Shown piece after piece: positions 48,393 through 58,366 of a stretch of 64,000 bases of DNA (the stretch's first letter is position 1; every line of letters begins with the position of its first letter). The notes below the pieces were generated by a model. That model had not been told where the DNA came from. It saw only the letters and a program-made list of their open reading frames with translations, and did not search any database. The stretch covers positions 8,298 to 72,297 of the forward strand of contig JBAXOB010000014.1 in assembly GCA_037133475.1 (NCBI GenBank), read 5' to 3'. The translations under genes and the position numbers were made by a program. The stretch comes from Bacteroidota bacterium. Its GTDB lineage: Bacteria > Bacteroidota > Bacteroidia > Bacteroidales > FEN-979.

Positions 48393-48945
48393 TTTCGAGG
48401 GCGCTCCGCTTTTTTGTTTTGAGCGACTTAAAAAAGGAGGGCGTCAGGCCGGTCACCTTTTTAAACTGGTGGGAAAGATGCGCCACACTGCTGTAATGCA
48501 GTTTCCAGGCAATTTCGGAAAGGTTAAGCTCGTCGTAGATGATCAGCTCTTTTACCCTTTCAATTTTATGAAGGATCATAAAATGTTCAATGGTAATCCC
48601 TTTGGTTTCGGAAAAGATATTGGCAAGATAGGTATAATCGTAATCCAGTTTTTCGCACAGGTAATCTGAAAAATTCGTTTTTGGCAGTTCATCGGAATAA
48701 TGAATCATTTCAATAATGACATTCTGAATTTTTTCAATCAGGATGGCCTTTTTATCGTCCATCAGTTCAAGCCCCGATCTTCGTAAGGCAATTTTCAGTT
48801 GTTCACGCTGCTGTTCAGAAATATCTTCCATAACCTCAACTGTTCCCAGATCCACGGTAAGATGGTGCAGTCCCATTTTTTTCAATTCCTCCTTTACCAC
48901 CATTTTACAACGGATGCTTACCATGTATTTGATATAGAGCCTCAT
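48385..48945 (-). CDS. AraC family transcriptional regulator (paralog 2)
   Basis: MRLYIKYMVSIRCKMVV..LSEIAWKLHYSSVAHLSHQFKKVTGLTPS; highly similar to 32752-33321. Confidence 0.93.
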   Translation of the reverse strand: MRLYIKYMVSIRCKMVVKEELKKMGLHHLTVDLGTVEVMEDISEQQREQLKIALRRSGLELMDDKKAILIEKIQNVIIEMIHYSDELPKTNFSDYLCEKLDYDYTYLANIFSETKGITIEHFMILHKIERVKELIIYDELNLSEIAWKLHYSSVAHLSHQFKKVTGLTPSFFKSLKTKKRSALENV

Positions 48946-49045
48946 GCGAAGTATCCTTGTTTTATAACCTTTATCTTTTTATGTTCATTTATTTTCCTTA
49001 ATTCGTTCAATCCCGGCATTCCGGGTGAAATTGAGATGATCTGAT

Positions 49046-49053
49046 CAAAATTA
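49046..49053 (-). promoter_or_regulatory. Housekeeping -7 element of araC-2 (no cassette boxes)
   Basis: TAATTTTG matches TAnnTTTG; no box1/box2 at the expected offsets. Confidence 0.55.
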
Positions 49054-49063
49054 TAAGAAAGAA

Positions 49064-49098
49064 CACTACCCGTCCTGCAGCCTGTCAGGCGGGTAGTG
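49064..49098 (-). terminator. Hairpin terminator after the BACON gene
   Basis: CACTACCCG...CGGGTAGTG stem followed by a T-rich run on the minus strand. Confidence 0.7.
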
Positions 49099-49134
49099 CT
49101 CATTGACATCAAAAAATCAAGGATGCCTGTTTGA

Positions 49135-52068
49135 TTATTTTATGACAACCAGTTTCTTCACAAGCAGGTTACTCTCCGTGTTGATGATGATGTGGTAGGT
49201 TCCCTGCGGCGCCGCTGAAAGGTCAATTTCATATTCGGCGGATCCTTTGCATTCTTTGGTCAGGATTACCTTACCCGTGAGATCCTGAACGCTGACATCC
49301 ATCCTGCCTTTATTTGCCTGGCCCGGGATGATTTTAAAGATACCCCTGGTTGGGTTTGGGAAGATCTGAATGGAATTTTCGGGATGTTCAGCCACACCAA
49401 TGGTCGATTTTGCCTGGGAAACGGTAACGGTCTGGACAGGAAGCGACGTACCCGTAACCTGGATGTTGGCCACCCTTGCGAGGTGGTCGGTATTTACCGT
49501 ATAATCGGCTACGATGGTGCCATTTCCCGACCCGGAGGCGGTAACGGTGCACCAGGAGGCATCGCTGACCACGGTCCAGTTAACGTTGGCGGTGACGGTA
49601 AAGGCTGTAGTTCCGGCATCGAAGGATACATTCTGGATCGGGGGCGTTACACTCATCAAGGGGGTATAGCCTGCCTGGGTAACCGTAACGGTTTCGGAAG
49701 GGATCCCGGGGGCGGTAACCGTGACATTGCATACCCTTGGGTTCAGGGTGGGGTTCTCGGTATAGGTCGCAACGATCGCACCATTCATCGATCCCGAGGG
49801 TGTCACCGTACACCATGCAACATCGCTGGTAACCGTCCAGGTGGTGTTGGAAGAAACGCTGAACTGGGTGTTGCCTGCAGGAGAAGTTACATTGATGTTG
49901 TGCGGCGTAACCGACAGCATGGGAGCCACGGCAGCCTGGGCCACCGTAACAGTTTGTGATGAAACGCCAGTTCCGTTGACGGTAATATTGGCAACGCGCG
50001 GAGTTACGGCCGTGTTTGCCAGGTAGGTGACCTTGATGGTGTCGTTGTTGACTCCCGAGCCTGAACTGGTAATGGTACACCAGGCAGCGTCGCTGGCTGC
50101 AGTCCATGTCGTATTGGAATTCACCAGGAAGGTGGTTGTCCCGGCATCCGTCATCACATTACGGCTGGGAGGCGTAACGGCAAGAAACGGGGCAACAAGG
50201 GTGGTAAACGACATGTTGGTCCCCGAAGCGGGGCCACCGGCGCTGGAGGCAAAAATCCTGAAATAATAGGTTGTCGCACTCTGCAGCCCCGTAAGCGGAA
50301 CGCTGATATCCACGGGAGTAACGCCCGATCCTGCCGACAGGGTGGTCGTAGTATCGGTCATTCCAAACGGAGTGGTTCCATACCTGAAAAAGTAGGTTGT
50401 CGGCAGTCCGTTTGGATTGATCTGGCCGTTGATGTTGGCGGAATAGACCTTTACCGAATCGGCTGCTTTGGTAACGGCGACCGGCGGGATGCTGAATTTA
50501 AACGAGGCGATCTTGGTTTTCTGGTTGCCGCCATACATATCGGTATACCAGAATGTCTTGTCGTCGGTAGGGTCAACCGACATCTGGGAATAGTCTCCCC
50601 AGCGGTTGATCCCTGTCTGTGAATTTGTCCCGATCTGGATGGTATCTTCTGCAATATCAAGGACTCCGGTTCCGGCGGCATAGGCCGTTGCCGACTGTCC
50701 GCAATAGAGGATACTGGGATACATGGAGGTACTTGAAACGGAATAACCCAGCGCGAGTTCATTGAAGCCGTTCAGCATGATGCTGCCCATCCAGCGGCTG
50801 TGGATGTCGGGGGCGTAGGTTCCCTGTTGCCTGACCGACCAGGTTGAGGCGGTTTTCCGCAATTCATACCAGCGGATCCCGGCATGGTGCGCGCCGTCGA
50901 CATTCACGGTATGACAGCAGACGATGGTCTGGTAACCACCAAAATTACGGTACTGGGGCACATTCATGATCACCTGGGGGATGCCGTCAACGCGCTGGCT
51001 GGTACCCTTCTGGTCAATGTTGTTCCAGTTGTTGCCAAAGCTGCTGCTGAATGGCTGTACATCCAGCTGCTGCGTGCGGACGAAGGTTGAAAGCGAGGGA
51101 GTTGTCCAGTTGACGCTAAGTTCATATAGCCAAAGCTGGTCGGTCCCTCCACCCAAAGCGTCGTCGTTGAAGGCGATATACATGCCGGGAGTACCTGCAG
51201 GCGCAAGCGGACCATCGTTATCGATGGGTGGAACACACATAAAACCGTCGACAGAGGCGGGACGCCATGCATTGTTAAAGGCAATTGCCTGGGCTACACC
51301 CCCGGTAAGCATCTGGTCGCGCTGATAAACGTAAATGTCATTTCCCGAACTGTTGTTGTCGCCCATGTAATAACCGTCGCGCCAAACGCTGAATTTCGGG
51401 TAATCGGGCATGGCATCCACCGGGAAGGAGTACTGGTGCCACGAGCCCAGGGGATCGTTGGTAGCCGAGATGGCGAACATAATATAGTTGGTCCCTGAAT
51501 TCGGGATGGAAAATTCCGTCACGACATACCGGTCGGCCTGGTCATCATACAGCATAACAGGGTCGCCGTCATTCCTGTTGGCACCCGGCACACTGCCGAA
51601 AATCTGGTTGATATTGGTGGGACCGGCTACCAGGGTTCCCGATTTATCATAAATTGCATAAACACAGTTGATCAGCTGCATAAAATGGTTGCGCCCCGCA
51701 GTACCGTTGCAATCGGGGGGATAATAGGGTGAGCCCTGTCCCGGAAAATTCACAATCGGTGCTTTATTGCCGTTTTTCACAGTGCCCATAAAATCCTGCC
51801 ACGCAGGATCCGGACCTTTTGGCAAAGCGGTGGATGCATAAGGGAAAACACGCTTTTTCAATCCCTCATTCAGCTCACGTTTCTTACCCTTTTTCACAAG
51901 CTGATCAAATTCGGATTTTGTCATAACCGGGGCATCGCGAAGTGGTTTGCTAAGTCCATAATAGGTGCCGGTAACAACTTTGGCCGGGTGTACCGGGATA
52001 TCCTGGGCATAGAGCCCCAGCATAAACAGGCAGAAAAAGGTTGTAAGCAGTAAATGTCGTGTTTTCAT
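49135..52068 (-). CDS. T9SS-secreted protein with FnIII-like and three BACON domains
   Basis: Signal peptide; PPDCNGTAG..RWGDY domain; three repeats of SNTTWT..SDAAWCTVT..R; IFPNP T9SS tail. Confidence 0.85.
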   Translation of the reverse strand: MKTRHLLLTTFFCLFMLGLYAQDIPVHPAKVVTGTYYGLSKPLRDAPVMTKSEFDQLVKKGKKRELNEGLKKRVFPYASTALPKGPDPAWQDFMGTVKNGNKAPIVNFPGQGSPYYPPDCNGTAGRNHFMQLINCVYAIYDKSGTLVAGPTNINQIFGSVPGANRNDGDPVMLYDDQADRYVVTEFSIPNSGTNYIMFAISATNDPLGSWHQYSFPVDAMPDYPKFSVWRDGYYMGDNNSSGNDIYVYQRDQMLTGGVAQAIAFNNAWRPASVDGFMCVPPIDNDGPLAPAGTPGMYIAFNDDALGGGTDQLWLYELSVNWTTPSLSTFVRTQQLDVQPFSSSFGNNWNNIDQKGTSQRVDGIPQVIMNVPQYRNFGGYQTIVCCHTVNVDGAHHAGIRWYELRKTASTWSVRQQGTYAPDIHSRWMGSIMLNGFNELALGYSVSSTSMYPSILYCGQSATAYAAGTGVLDIAEDTIQIGTNSQTGINRWGDYSQMSVDPTDDKTFWYTDMYGGNQKTKIASFKFSIPPVAVTKAADSVKVYSANINGQINPNGLPTTYFFRYGTTPFGMTDTTTTLSAGSGVTPVDISVPLTGLQSATTYYFRIFASSAGGPASGTNMSFTTLVAPFLAVTPPSRNVMTDAGTTTFLVNSNTTWTAASDAAWCTITSSGSGVNNDTIKVTYLANTAVTPRVANITVNGTGVSSQTVTVAQAAVAPMLSVTPHNINVTSPAGNTQFSVSSNTTWTVTSDVAWCTVTPSGSMNGAIVATYTENPTLNPRVCNVTVTAPGIPSETVTVTQAGYTPLMSVTPPIQNVSFDAGTTAFTVTANVNWTVVSDASWCTVTASGSGNGTIVADYTVNTDHLARVANIQVTGTSLPVQTVTVSQAKSTIGVAEHPENSIQIFPNPTRGIFKIIPGQANKGRMDVSVQDLTGKVILTKECKGSAEYEIDLSAAPQGTYHIIINTESNLLVKKLVVIK

Positions 52069-52421
52069 AAGTTGCTAATTGATTATTTTACAAATTTAAA
52101 ACAATATTTTACAAATCTGATGGCCCCGGAAAACAAATTCCTTAAAAACCGCCAGGATATATATTATGCTCATATTCTATAACTTAAAAAACAATCCACC
52201 CTAACATCCATCAGGGTTGATTCAATGAACAGGCTACCGTTATTTAAAGGATCCTAAATGAAGCAGCCGGCACTTTTCCTATGTCAGGGGAACAATCTTG
52301 CTTTTTGTCCCGATCATTTTTATATTTGCGCCAATTAACAAGCGTAATTCAGTACCTGTTTCACTGTTACCAGCATTTTAAAATACTGCAAACATTAACG
52401 TTATAACCATAGGATCAACTT

Positions 52422-52856
52422 ATGAAAATCCTGAAAGATTTCAAGGAATTTGCCATGAAGGGCAATGTAATCGACCTGGCGGTGGGTATCATCATCGGCG
52501 CAGCCTTCGGAAAAATCATCTCATCCCTCGTGAATGATCTCATCATGCCGCCCATCGGGCTCCTGGTAGGCGGGATTGATTTCAAAGAGATCGTCGTTAA
52601 CCTGAAAGAGGCCGTTAAAGACCCGGCCACCGGGAAGATCCTGAAAGAGGCAGTCACCCTGAAAATCGGCAATTTTATCCAAACGGTGGTTGATTTCCTC
52701 ATCGTGGCATTTGCCATCTTTATGATGGTCAAGGCAATCACCAACCTGAACAGGAAAAAGACCGATTCCGCTCCCGTTGCCCCTCCTCCCCCAACCAAAG
52801 ACCAGGAGCTCCTTTCCGAAATAAGAGACCTGCTGAAAAAGGGTCAGGGTGAATAA
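52422..52856 (+). CDS. mscL: Large-conductance mechanosensitive channel
   Basis: [46 protein letters not shown]; -7 element TATATTTG at 52321. Confidence 0.97.
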   Translation: MKILKDFKEFAMKGNVIDLAVGIIIGAAFGKIISSLVNDLIMPPIGLLVGGIDFKEIVVNLKEAVKDPATGKILKEAVTLKIGNFIQTVVDFLIVAFAIFMMVKAITNLNRKKTDSAPVAPPPPTKDQELLSEIRDLLKKGQGE

Positions 52857-52892
52857 CAAATAATTTAATATAAAAATTTCAACTGCTTTAAT

Positions 52893-53831
52893 ATGAAACA
52901 ATTATATATATTAATATTGTCGGTTTTATTGGCCGGTGTCGCCTACGGCCAGGATATCCAGAAAGTTGCAAAGGCCAAGACAGAGGCACTGGCGGAGGTT
53001 CAGCCGGATAGCACAAAGTCATGGTTTGTCCAGGGAAACGGCTCCCTGCAATTTTCACAGGCATCGTTTTCAAACTGGTCGGCAGGAGGCCAGAATTCAC
53101 TTGGACTGGTGGCCTGGATTAATTTCAAGGCGAATTACCATCATGGCAAGCATATATGGTCAAACAACATCGACCTGGGGTACGGCTTCAACTACCTGGG
53201 TAAAGGCAGTGATGCAAAATTCAATAAAACCAACGACAAGATTGAAATCACCAGTGCTTACGGATATGAACTGCACCCGAACAAAAAGTGGTATCTCACC
53301 GTACTGGTAAATTTCAGGTCGCAGTTTGACAATGGGTATAATTACCCTGATGACAAAACGGTCATTTCAAAATTCATGTCCCCCGGTTACCTGGTTGGCG
53401 GTATCGGGGTCACCTACGCACCCGTAAAGTGGTTTTACCTCTACCTCTCGCCGTCGTCGGGACGTTTTACCTTTGTTACCGACAAAAAACTTTCCGATTC
53501 GGGCGCCTTCGGCGTTGAAAGAGGAAAAACCATCCATGGCGAATTCGGCCCTTACCTGCGTGCCGACCTGAACAAGGACCTCGCCAAAAACATCAACATC
53601 ACCTCAACCCTGGAGCTCTTTACCGATTATCTCCATAAGCCGGGAAACATCGACGTAAACTGGAGCCTCCTGCTAAGCATGAAGGTCAACAAGTGGCTGG
53701 CGGCCTCCATCCAGACACAGCTGCTGTACGACGACGATATCACCATTAAAACCGATCCGAACAAACCGGGAGGTCCCCGTACCCAGTTCAAGGAGCTGCT
53801 CGGACTTGGATTGACCTACAAGTTTAAATAA
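52893..53831 (+). CDS. DUF3078 family outer-membrane protein
   Basis: FSQASFSNWSAGG, SKFMSPGY, QFKELLGLGLTYKF. Confidence 0.88.
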   Translation: MKQLYILILSVLLAGVAYGQDIQKVAKAKTEALAEVQPDSTKSWFVQGNGSLQFSQASFSNWSAGGQNSLGLVAWINFKANYHHGKHIWSNNIDLGYGFNYLGKGSDAKFNKTNDKIEITSAYGYELHPNKKWYLTVLVNFRSQFDNGYNYPDDKTVISKFMSPGYLVGGIGVTYAPVKWFYLYLSPSSGRFTFVTDKKLSDSGAFGVERGKTIHGEFGPYLRADLNKDLAKNINITSTLELFTDYLHKPGNIDVNWSLLLSMKVNKWLAASIQTQLLYDDDITIKTDPNKPGGPRTQFKELLGLGLTYKFK

Positions 53832-54102
53832 CTATATTTAAAAACCATAATCCTCTTTTGCCGCCCTGACGAAAAAAAGGCGTCCAAAGAATCCAATTTT
53901 GAACTTGTGTGAACCATTTTTATCTTTATGGTTAGAAAACGCGTCGAATAAAGGGCACAATCCGTATGAAAAACAACAAACTATTAAACATGCAATAAGA
54001 CTTTTTTTCAGTCTGATTAACATATGACAATAATTTTTCACGGTCGATAATCCCCCCTTTCTAATAATTTTATCCGTATTTTTGAAGTCAAAATAAATTG
54101 TT

Positions 54103-54375
54103 ATGGCACATCATGCAGAAGACACCGGAACGCTCACCCATGAGCAACTGAAATTCAGGGAACATACTGAACGCGGGGCCAATTTTATCAAGATCGACCT
54201 GTTTCGTTCTGCCAGGGAGGAATTCAAAGCGGCATTGCTTTACAAGCCCGGCGATGAAGAATGCCTTCGGAAAATCGACGAGATGAATGCCAACATTGCC
54301 CGCGACCGCAAGACGATCTTAGTGGTAGCTCCCCTGGTCATCCTCCTTATTGTTGCAATTGCCTTGCTGATGTGA
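54103..54375 (+). CDS. Small TPR-like membrane-anchored hypothetical protein
   Basis: AREEFKAALLYKP TPR-like helix plus C-terminal TM; -7 element TATTTTTG at 54077. Confidence 0.75.
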   Translation: MAHHAEDTGTLTHEQLKFREHTERGANFIKIDLFRSAREEFKAALLYKPGDEECLRKIDEMNANIARDRKTILVVAPLVILLIVAIALLM

Positions 54376-54404
54376 TAAGGCCTCCCGTAAAACCCCAGTA
54401 ATCC

Positions 54405-56435
54405 ATGAAAGAAAAACCGATCAAACAGCTTGCCCTTGTCAGGAACGACCCATGGCTTGAACCAGCAGCCCCGGATATCATGGCACGGTATGAGCGTTAC
54501 AGGTTCACCCTTTCCGGGATCGAAGAGGACTGGGAGAGCCTGAATAAATTTGCAAATGCCTACCAGTTTTATGGATTCCACTATGACCGGAACCTAAAAG
54601 GGTGGTATTTCCGCGAATGGGCCCCGAAGGCCCAGGATATCTACCTTTTCGGAGATTTCAACAACTGGCAGCGTTATTCGCACCGGCTGACGCCGAATAA
54701 ATATGGACAGTGGGAGATATTCCTGCCTGATGAAGAATATAAGGACCGGCTGACGCACCAGAGCAAGGTCAAGATACTGGTGCATTCCGAAACAGGCTGG
54801 CATGAAAAGATCCCCTCCTATATCCACCGGGTTGTGCAGGATACCGACTCGGTTGATTTCAGCGGGCAGCACTGGGCTCCTCCGAAGCCGTTCGACTGGG
54901 AGGGCGACCATTTCGACATCGCACAGCTCAACGAACTGCTCATCTATGAATGCCATGTCGGGATGGCAATGGAACACCTTTCCGTTGGTACCTTTGTAGA
55001 ATTTGCCGACTATATCATCCCCTACATTAAAAATTCAGGTTACAATGCCATCCAGCTGATGGCCCTTGCCGAGCACCCCTATTACGGCTCCTTTGGTTAT
55101 CATGTCACCAGCTTTTTCGCGGTTTCGTCGCGGTTCGGCACTCCCGAGGAGTTGAAATACCTGATCAGGAAGGCGCATGAACAGGGAATTGCCGTGCTGA
55201 TGGACCTGGTGCATTCGCATTCGGCAAAAAACACGATGGAGGGGCTCAACCAGTTCGACGGATCGGAGGACCAGTATTTTCACCCCGGTGAACGGGGCGA
55301 CCATCCCCACTGGGATTCAAAATGCTTCAATTACGGGAAACGCGAAGTCATGCAATTCCTGCTTTCCAATATCAAATACTGGCTGCGCGAATTCCATTTC
55401 GATGGCTTCCGGTTTGACGGTGTCACCTCGATGATGTATTTTGATCACGGTTACCGGGAAGTCTGGGATCTCAACGGATATTTCAAGGATGGCGTCGAAT
55501 GGGATGCGCTGATCTACCTGCAGCTTGCCAACACCCTTATTCACAAGGTCAAACCCCACGCGGTTTCCATTGCCGAAGATGTAAGCGGCATGCCGGGATT
55601 GTGCAGGCCCATCCGTGAAGGCGGGATCGGCTTTGATTACCGCCTGGCCATGGCCATACCCGATTTCTGGATCAGGGTGCTGAAGGAGAAAAAAGATGAG
55701 GAGTGGAACATCCATGAGATGTGGTCGGTCATGACCGACAGGCTGCCAGATGTAAAAACCGTGGCCTACTGCGAATCGCACGACCAGGCGCTCGTAGGCG
55801 ATCAGACGATCGCTTTCAGGCTGATGCAGAGCGAGATCTATTTCAAGATGAACAAGGCCGACGAAAGCCACGTCATCGACCGGGGCATCGCCCTGCACAA
55901 GATGATCCGGCTGATCACCATCACCACGGGCGGCCAGGCCTACCTGAACTTCATCGGCAACGAATTCGGCCATCCCGACTGGGTTGATTTTCCCCGGGAG
56001 GGAAACAACTGGAGTTTCCAGTATGCCCGCCGGCAGTGGTCGCTGATCGAAAATCCCGACCTGAAGTACCGTTACCTTGCCCTGTTTGACCGCCAGATGC
56101 TGGCGCTGGTGAAAAACTTCAAGCTGTTCGACCAGGGTTTCGCCAACCAGCTGAATATGGATGAACAAAACCAGACCATCGTCTTTGAGCGGCAAAAACT
56201 AATTTTCGTATTCAACTTCCACGTTGCAAACTCCATTCCCGATTACGAATTTGTGGTTCCCGAACCGGGCGACTACCGGATCATCCTCAACACCGACCGG
56301 GCCGACCTGGGCGGTCATGACAGGGTGAACGAAAACCTGGTATATACAACGCGGTTTGATGCGACAACCCAAACGCATCACCTGATGATCTATAATACAA
56401 ACCGTACCGCCCAGGTGTTCGAACGGATTCTTTAG
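54405..56435 (+). CDS. glgB: 1,4-alpha-glucan branching enzyme (GH13)
   Basis: REWAP, IYECHVG, FDGFRFDGVTSM, IAEDVSG, ESHDQA, GNEFGHP. Confidence 0.95.
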   Translation: MKEKPIKQLALVRNDPWLEPAAPDIMARYERYRFTLSGIEEDWESLNKFANAYQFYGFHYDRNLKGWYFREWAPKAQDIYLFGDFNNWQRYSHRLTPNKYGQWEIFLPDEEYKDRLTHQSKVKILVHSETGWHEKIPSYIHRVVQDTDSVDFSGQHWAPPKPFDWEGDHFDIAQLNELLIYECHVGMAMEHLSVGTFVEFADYIIPYIKNSGYNAIQLMALAEHPYYGSFGYHVTSFFAVSSRFGTPEELKYLIRKAHEQGIAVLMDLVHSHSAKNTMEGLNQFDGSEDQYFHPGERGDHPHWDSKCFNYGKREVMQFLLSNIKYWLREFHFDGFRFDGVTSMMYFDHGYREVWDLNGYFKDGVEWDALIYLQLANTLIHKVKPHAVSIAEDVSGMPGLCRPIREGGIGFDYRLAMAIPDFWIRVLKEKKDEEWNIHEMWSVMTDRLPDVKTVAYCESHDQALVGDQTIAFRLMQSEIYFKMNKADESHVIDRGIALHKMIRLITITTGGQAYLNFIGNEFGHPDWVDFPREGNNWSFQYARRQWSLIENPDLKYRYLALFDRQMLALVKNFKLFDQGFANQLNMDEQNQTIVFERQKLIFVFNFHVANSIPDYEFVVPEPGDYRIILNTDRADLGGHDRVNENLVYTTRFDATTQTHHLMIYNTNRTAQVFERIL

Positions 56436-56489
56436 CCTTATTTTTTTTCATATCTTTGCATGAAAATCCAGCGCTAAATCCTTCTCGTT

Positions 56490-58124
56490 ATGAATTCTCT
56501 CCTTCATGGTGCCACCCTCCCGAAAGTCAAGCTGATGATGGTTTTTGTTTCTGCCCTGATGATCCTGTTGTCGGCAGGCAGAGAGGCCTCTGCAGCCCCC
56601 GACACCACCTGGTCGGTCACCTTCAGCGTCAACATGTCGAAGGCAGTTAAGGAACACACCTTCAACGCGGCTACCGATTCTGTTTTCGTGGTGCTGAGCC
56701 CGGGGATCGCCCCGCTGAAACTGGTTGAAGGAGCCGGGTATGTTTACTCCGGGACCTTGTATAATGAGATTGATTCCACCACAACCTATACCTACTACTT
56801 CAGAAAAAACGGCTCCACGCCTGAGGCCATAACCCGCCAGTTTATCCCTAAACCGGGAATGTCAACCATCGCCGTGTGGTGGAACAACGACCCGCTGAAC
56901 ATCACCACCTTTGTTGCCAACATGCAATATGCCGCACAAAACCAGCTCTTCAACCCCGCCACCGATTCCGTGTCGGTCGTGGGGACCATGAACAATATGA
57001 AGGGCTCCCCAAAGATGACGAGAATAGGCACTTCCCTGAATTATTCATATTATTACACCCTTGCCCCGGGCAGTGTTGTGGAATACAAATACCGCATCAA
57101 CAGGGGCGACACTGCAAAAGGGCAGGCGGAACTGGTCAACCAGCCGAACCGTCTTATCCTTATTCCTGATACGCTGCTGGAAGTTACCGACGATTATAAC
57201 AACGTCAACCCTTCAAAGCTGCTCATGACCTTCCGGTGCAACATGGCCTATTATGTAAAGTCTCACCGGTTCAGCATCTCGGCCGATTACCTTGACATTG
57301 CCGGAAGTTTCAACAATGGCGGGGCGCATGATGTTCTGTTCAGGTTGGATACCGACACGGTATATACCCTGCGGAAATTCCTGGATACCACCTATATCCA
57401 CCAGGCGCCTATTACCTTCAAATTCAGGATCAACGGCAGCTGGAGCAGTGCAGAACTTACCGGCAAACCAAACCGCACCTATACCCTTCACGACACCACC
57501 GGTGTGCATCCCAATATTTTCAGCTGTTATTACAACAACCTCGACCCGACGATCCCCACGCGGCCATGGGCCTACAACCTTGGCATACAGGGCACCCTTA
57601 TCCACAAGCAGATCCTGAGCGGCATCTACACCTACGAGGATGTCAACGGCATCCCTGAAGACAGCACCACCTACCGCTGGCTCCGCAGCACGGATGCAGC
57701 AGGCATCAACGCCGTGGCCATCGATTCGGCCCGGAAGATCACCTATACGGTTGATACGCTCGACATGGGCAAGTACCTGGTCTTCGAGGTGACCCCCAGG
57801 GCTGCAAAGGGTGATTCAGCCGTCGGCATACCGGTGCGCTTTGTATCAGGCGCAGTTGTTTACGGCGTTGGCATTGATGAACACCAGGCCCTGATTACCC
57901 GGGTTTATCCCAATCCTGTCACCGATCTCCTTACAGTCGAGACAAGCAGCGACGTTACCACCGTGGAACTGATCAACCTTGCAGGACAACGGGTTATGAC
58001 GGCCCGTGGATTCCTGACGCGGTTGATCCGGTTATCACCGGGACATTTGCCCAAAGGCATTTACCTTCTTAAAGCAACTGCGAAATCGGGCGATTTCGGT
58101 GTAATCCAGGTTGTTAAGAACTAA
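56490..58124 (+). CDS. T9SS-secreted protein with repeated CBM-like and Ig-like domains
   Basis: Three VTFxVNM-type modules (YKYRIN, FKFRING), Ig-like YRWLR module, VYPNP tail; -7 element at 56451. Confidence 0.8.
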   Translation: MNSLLHGATLPKVKLMMVFVSALMILLSAGREASAAPDTTWSVTFSVNMSKAVKEHTFNAATDSVFVVLSPGIAPLKLVEGAGYVYSGTLYNEIDSTTTYTYYFRKNGSTPEAITRQFIPKPGMSTIAVWWNNDPLNITTFVANMQYAAQNQLFNPATDSVSVVGTMNNMKGSPKMTRIGTSLNYSYYYTLAPGSVVEYKYRINRGDTAKGQAELVNQPNRLILIPDTLLEVTDDYNNVNPSKLLMTFRCNMAYYVKSHRFSISADYLDIAGSFNNGGAHDVLFRLDTDTVYTLRKFLDTTYIHQAPITFKFRINGSWSSAELTGKPNRTYTLHDTTGVHPNIFSCYYNNLDPTIPTRPWAYNLGIQGTLIHKQILSGIYTYEDVNGIPEDSTTYRWLRSTDAAGINAVAIDSARKITYTVDTLDMGKYLVFEVTPRAAKGDSAVGIPVRFVSGAVVYGVGIDEHQALITRVYPNPVTDLLTVETSSDVTTVELINLAGQRVMTARGFLTRLIRLSPGHLPKGIYLLKATAKSGDFGVIQVVKN

Positions 58125-58366
58125 ACAGACTCCTTTCATCCCTGTTTTAAAACTGGAAATATTTTTTTATTTTTCACAAATGTTTTTAATTGGGTATCAA
58201 TTCGTACCTTTGCAGCCACATTTGAAAGATTGTATCTCAATCTGTAAGTAATCCTTCCCCTTTTACAATTCAGCCCAGCATACACTTTTTTAATGAAACC
58301 CGGGTAAAACTGTTCTTCAGTTTATCATCGGGGTTAATCAATATTATATATATCTAAATCCATTAA

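Noticed and set aside
8394-49134. The island as a currently mobile element (ICE or transposon)
   Set aside because: No integrase, transposase, tRNA target or flanking direct repeat was seen, and there is no obvious composition shift by eye.
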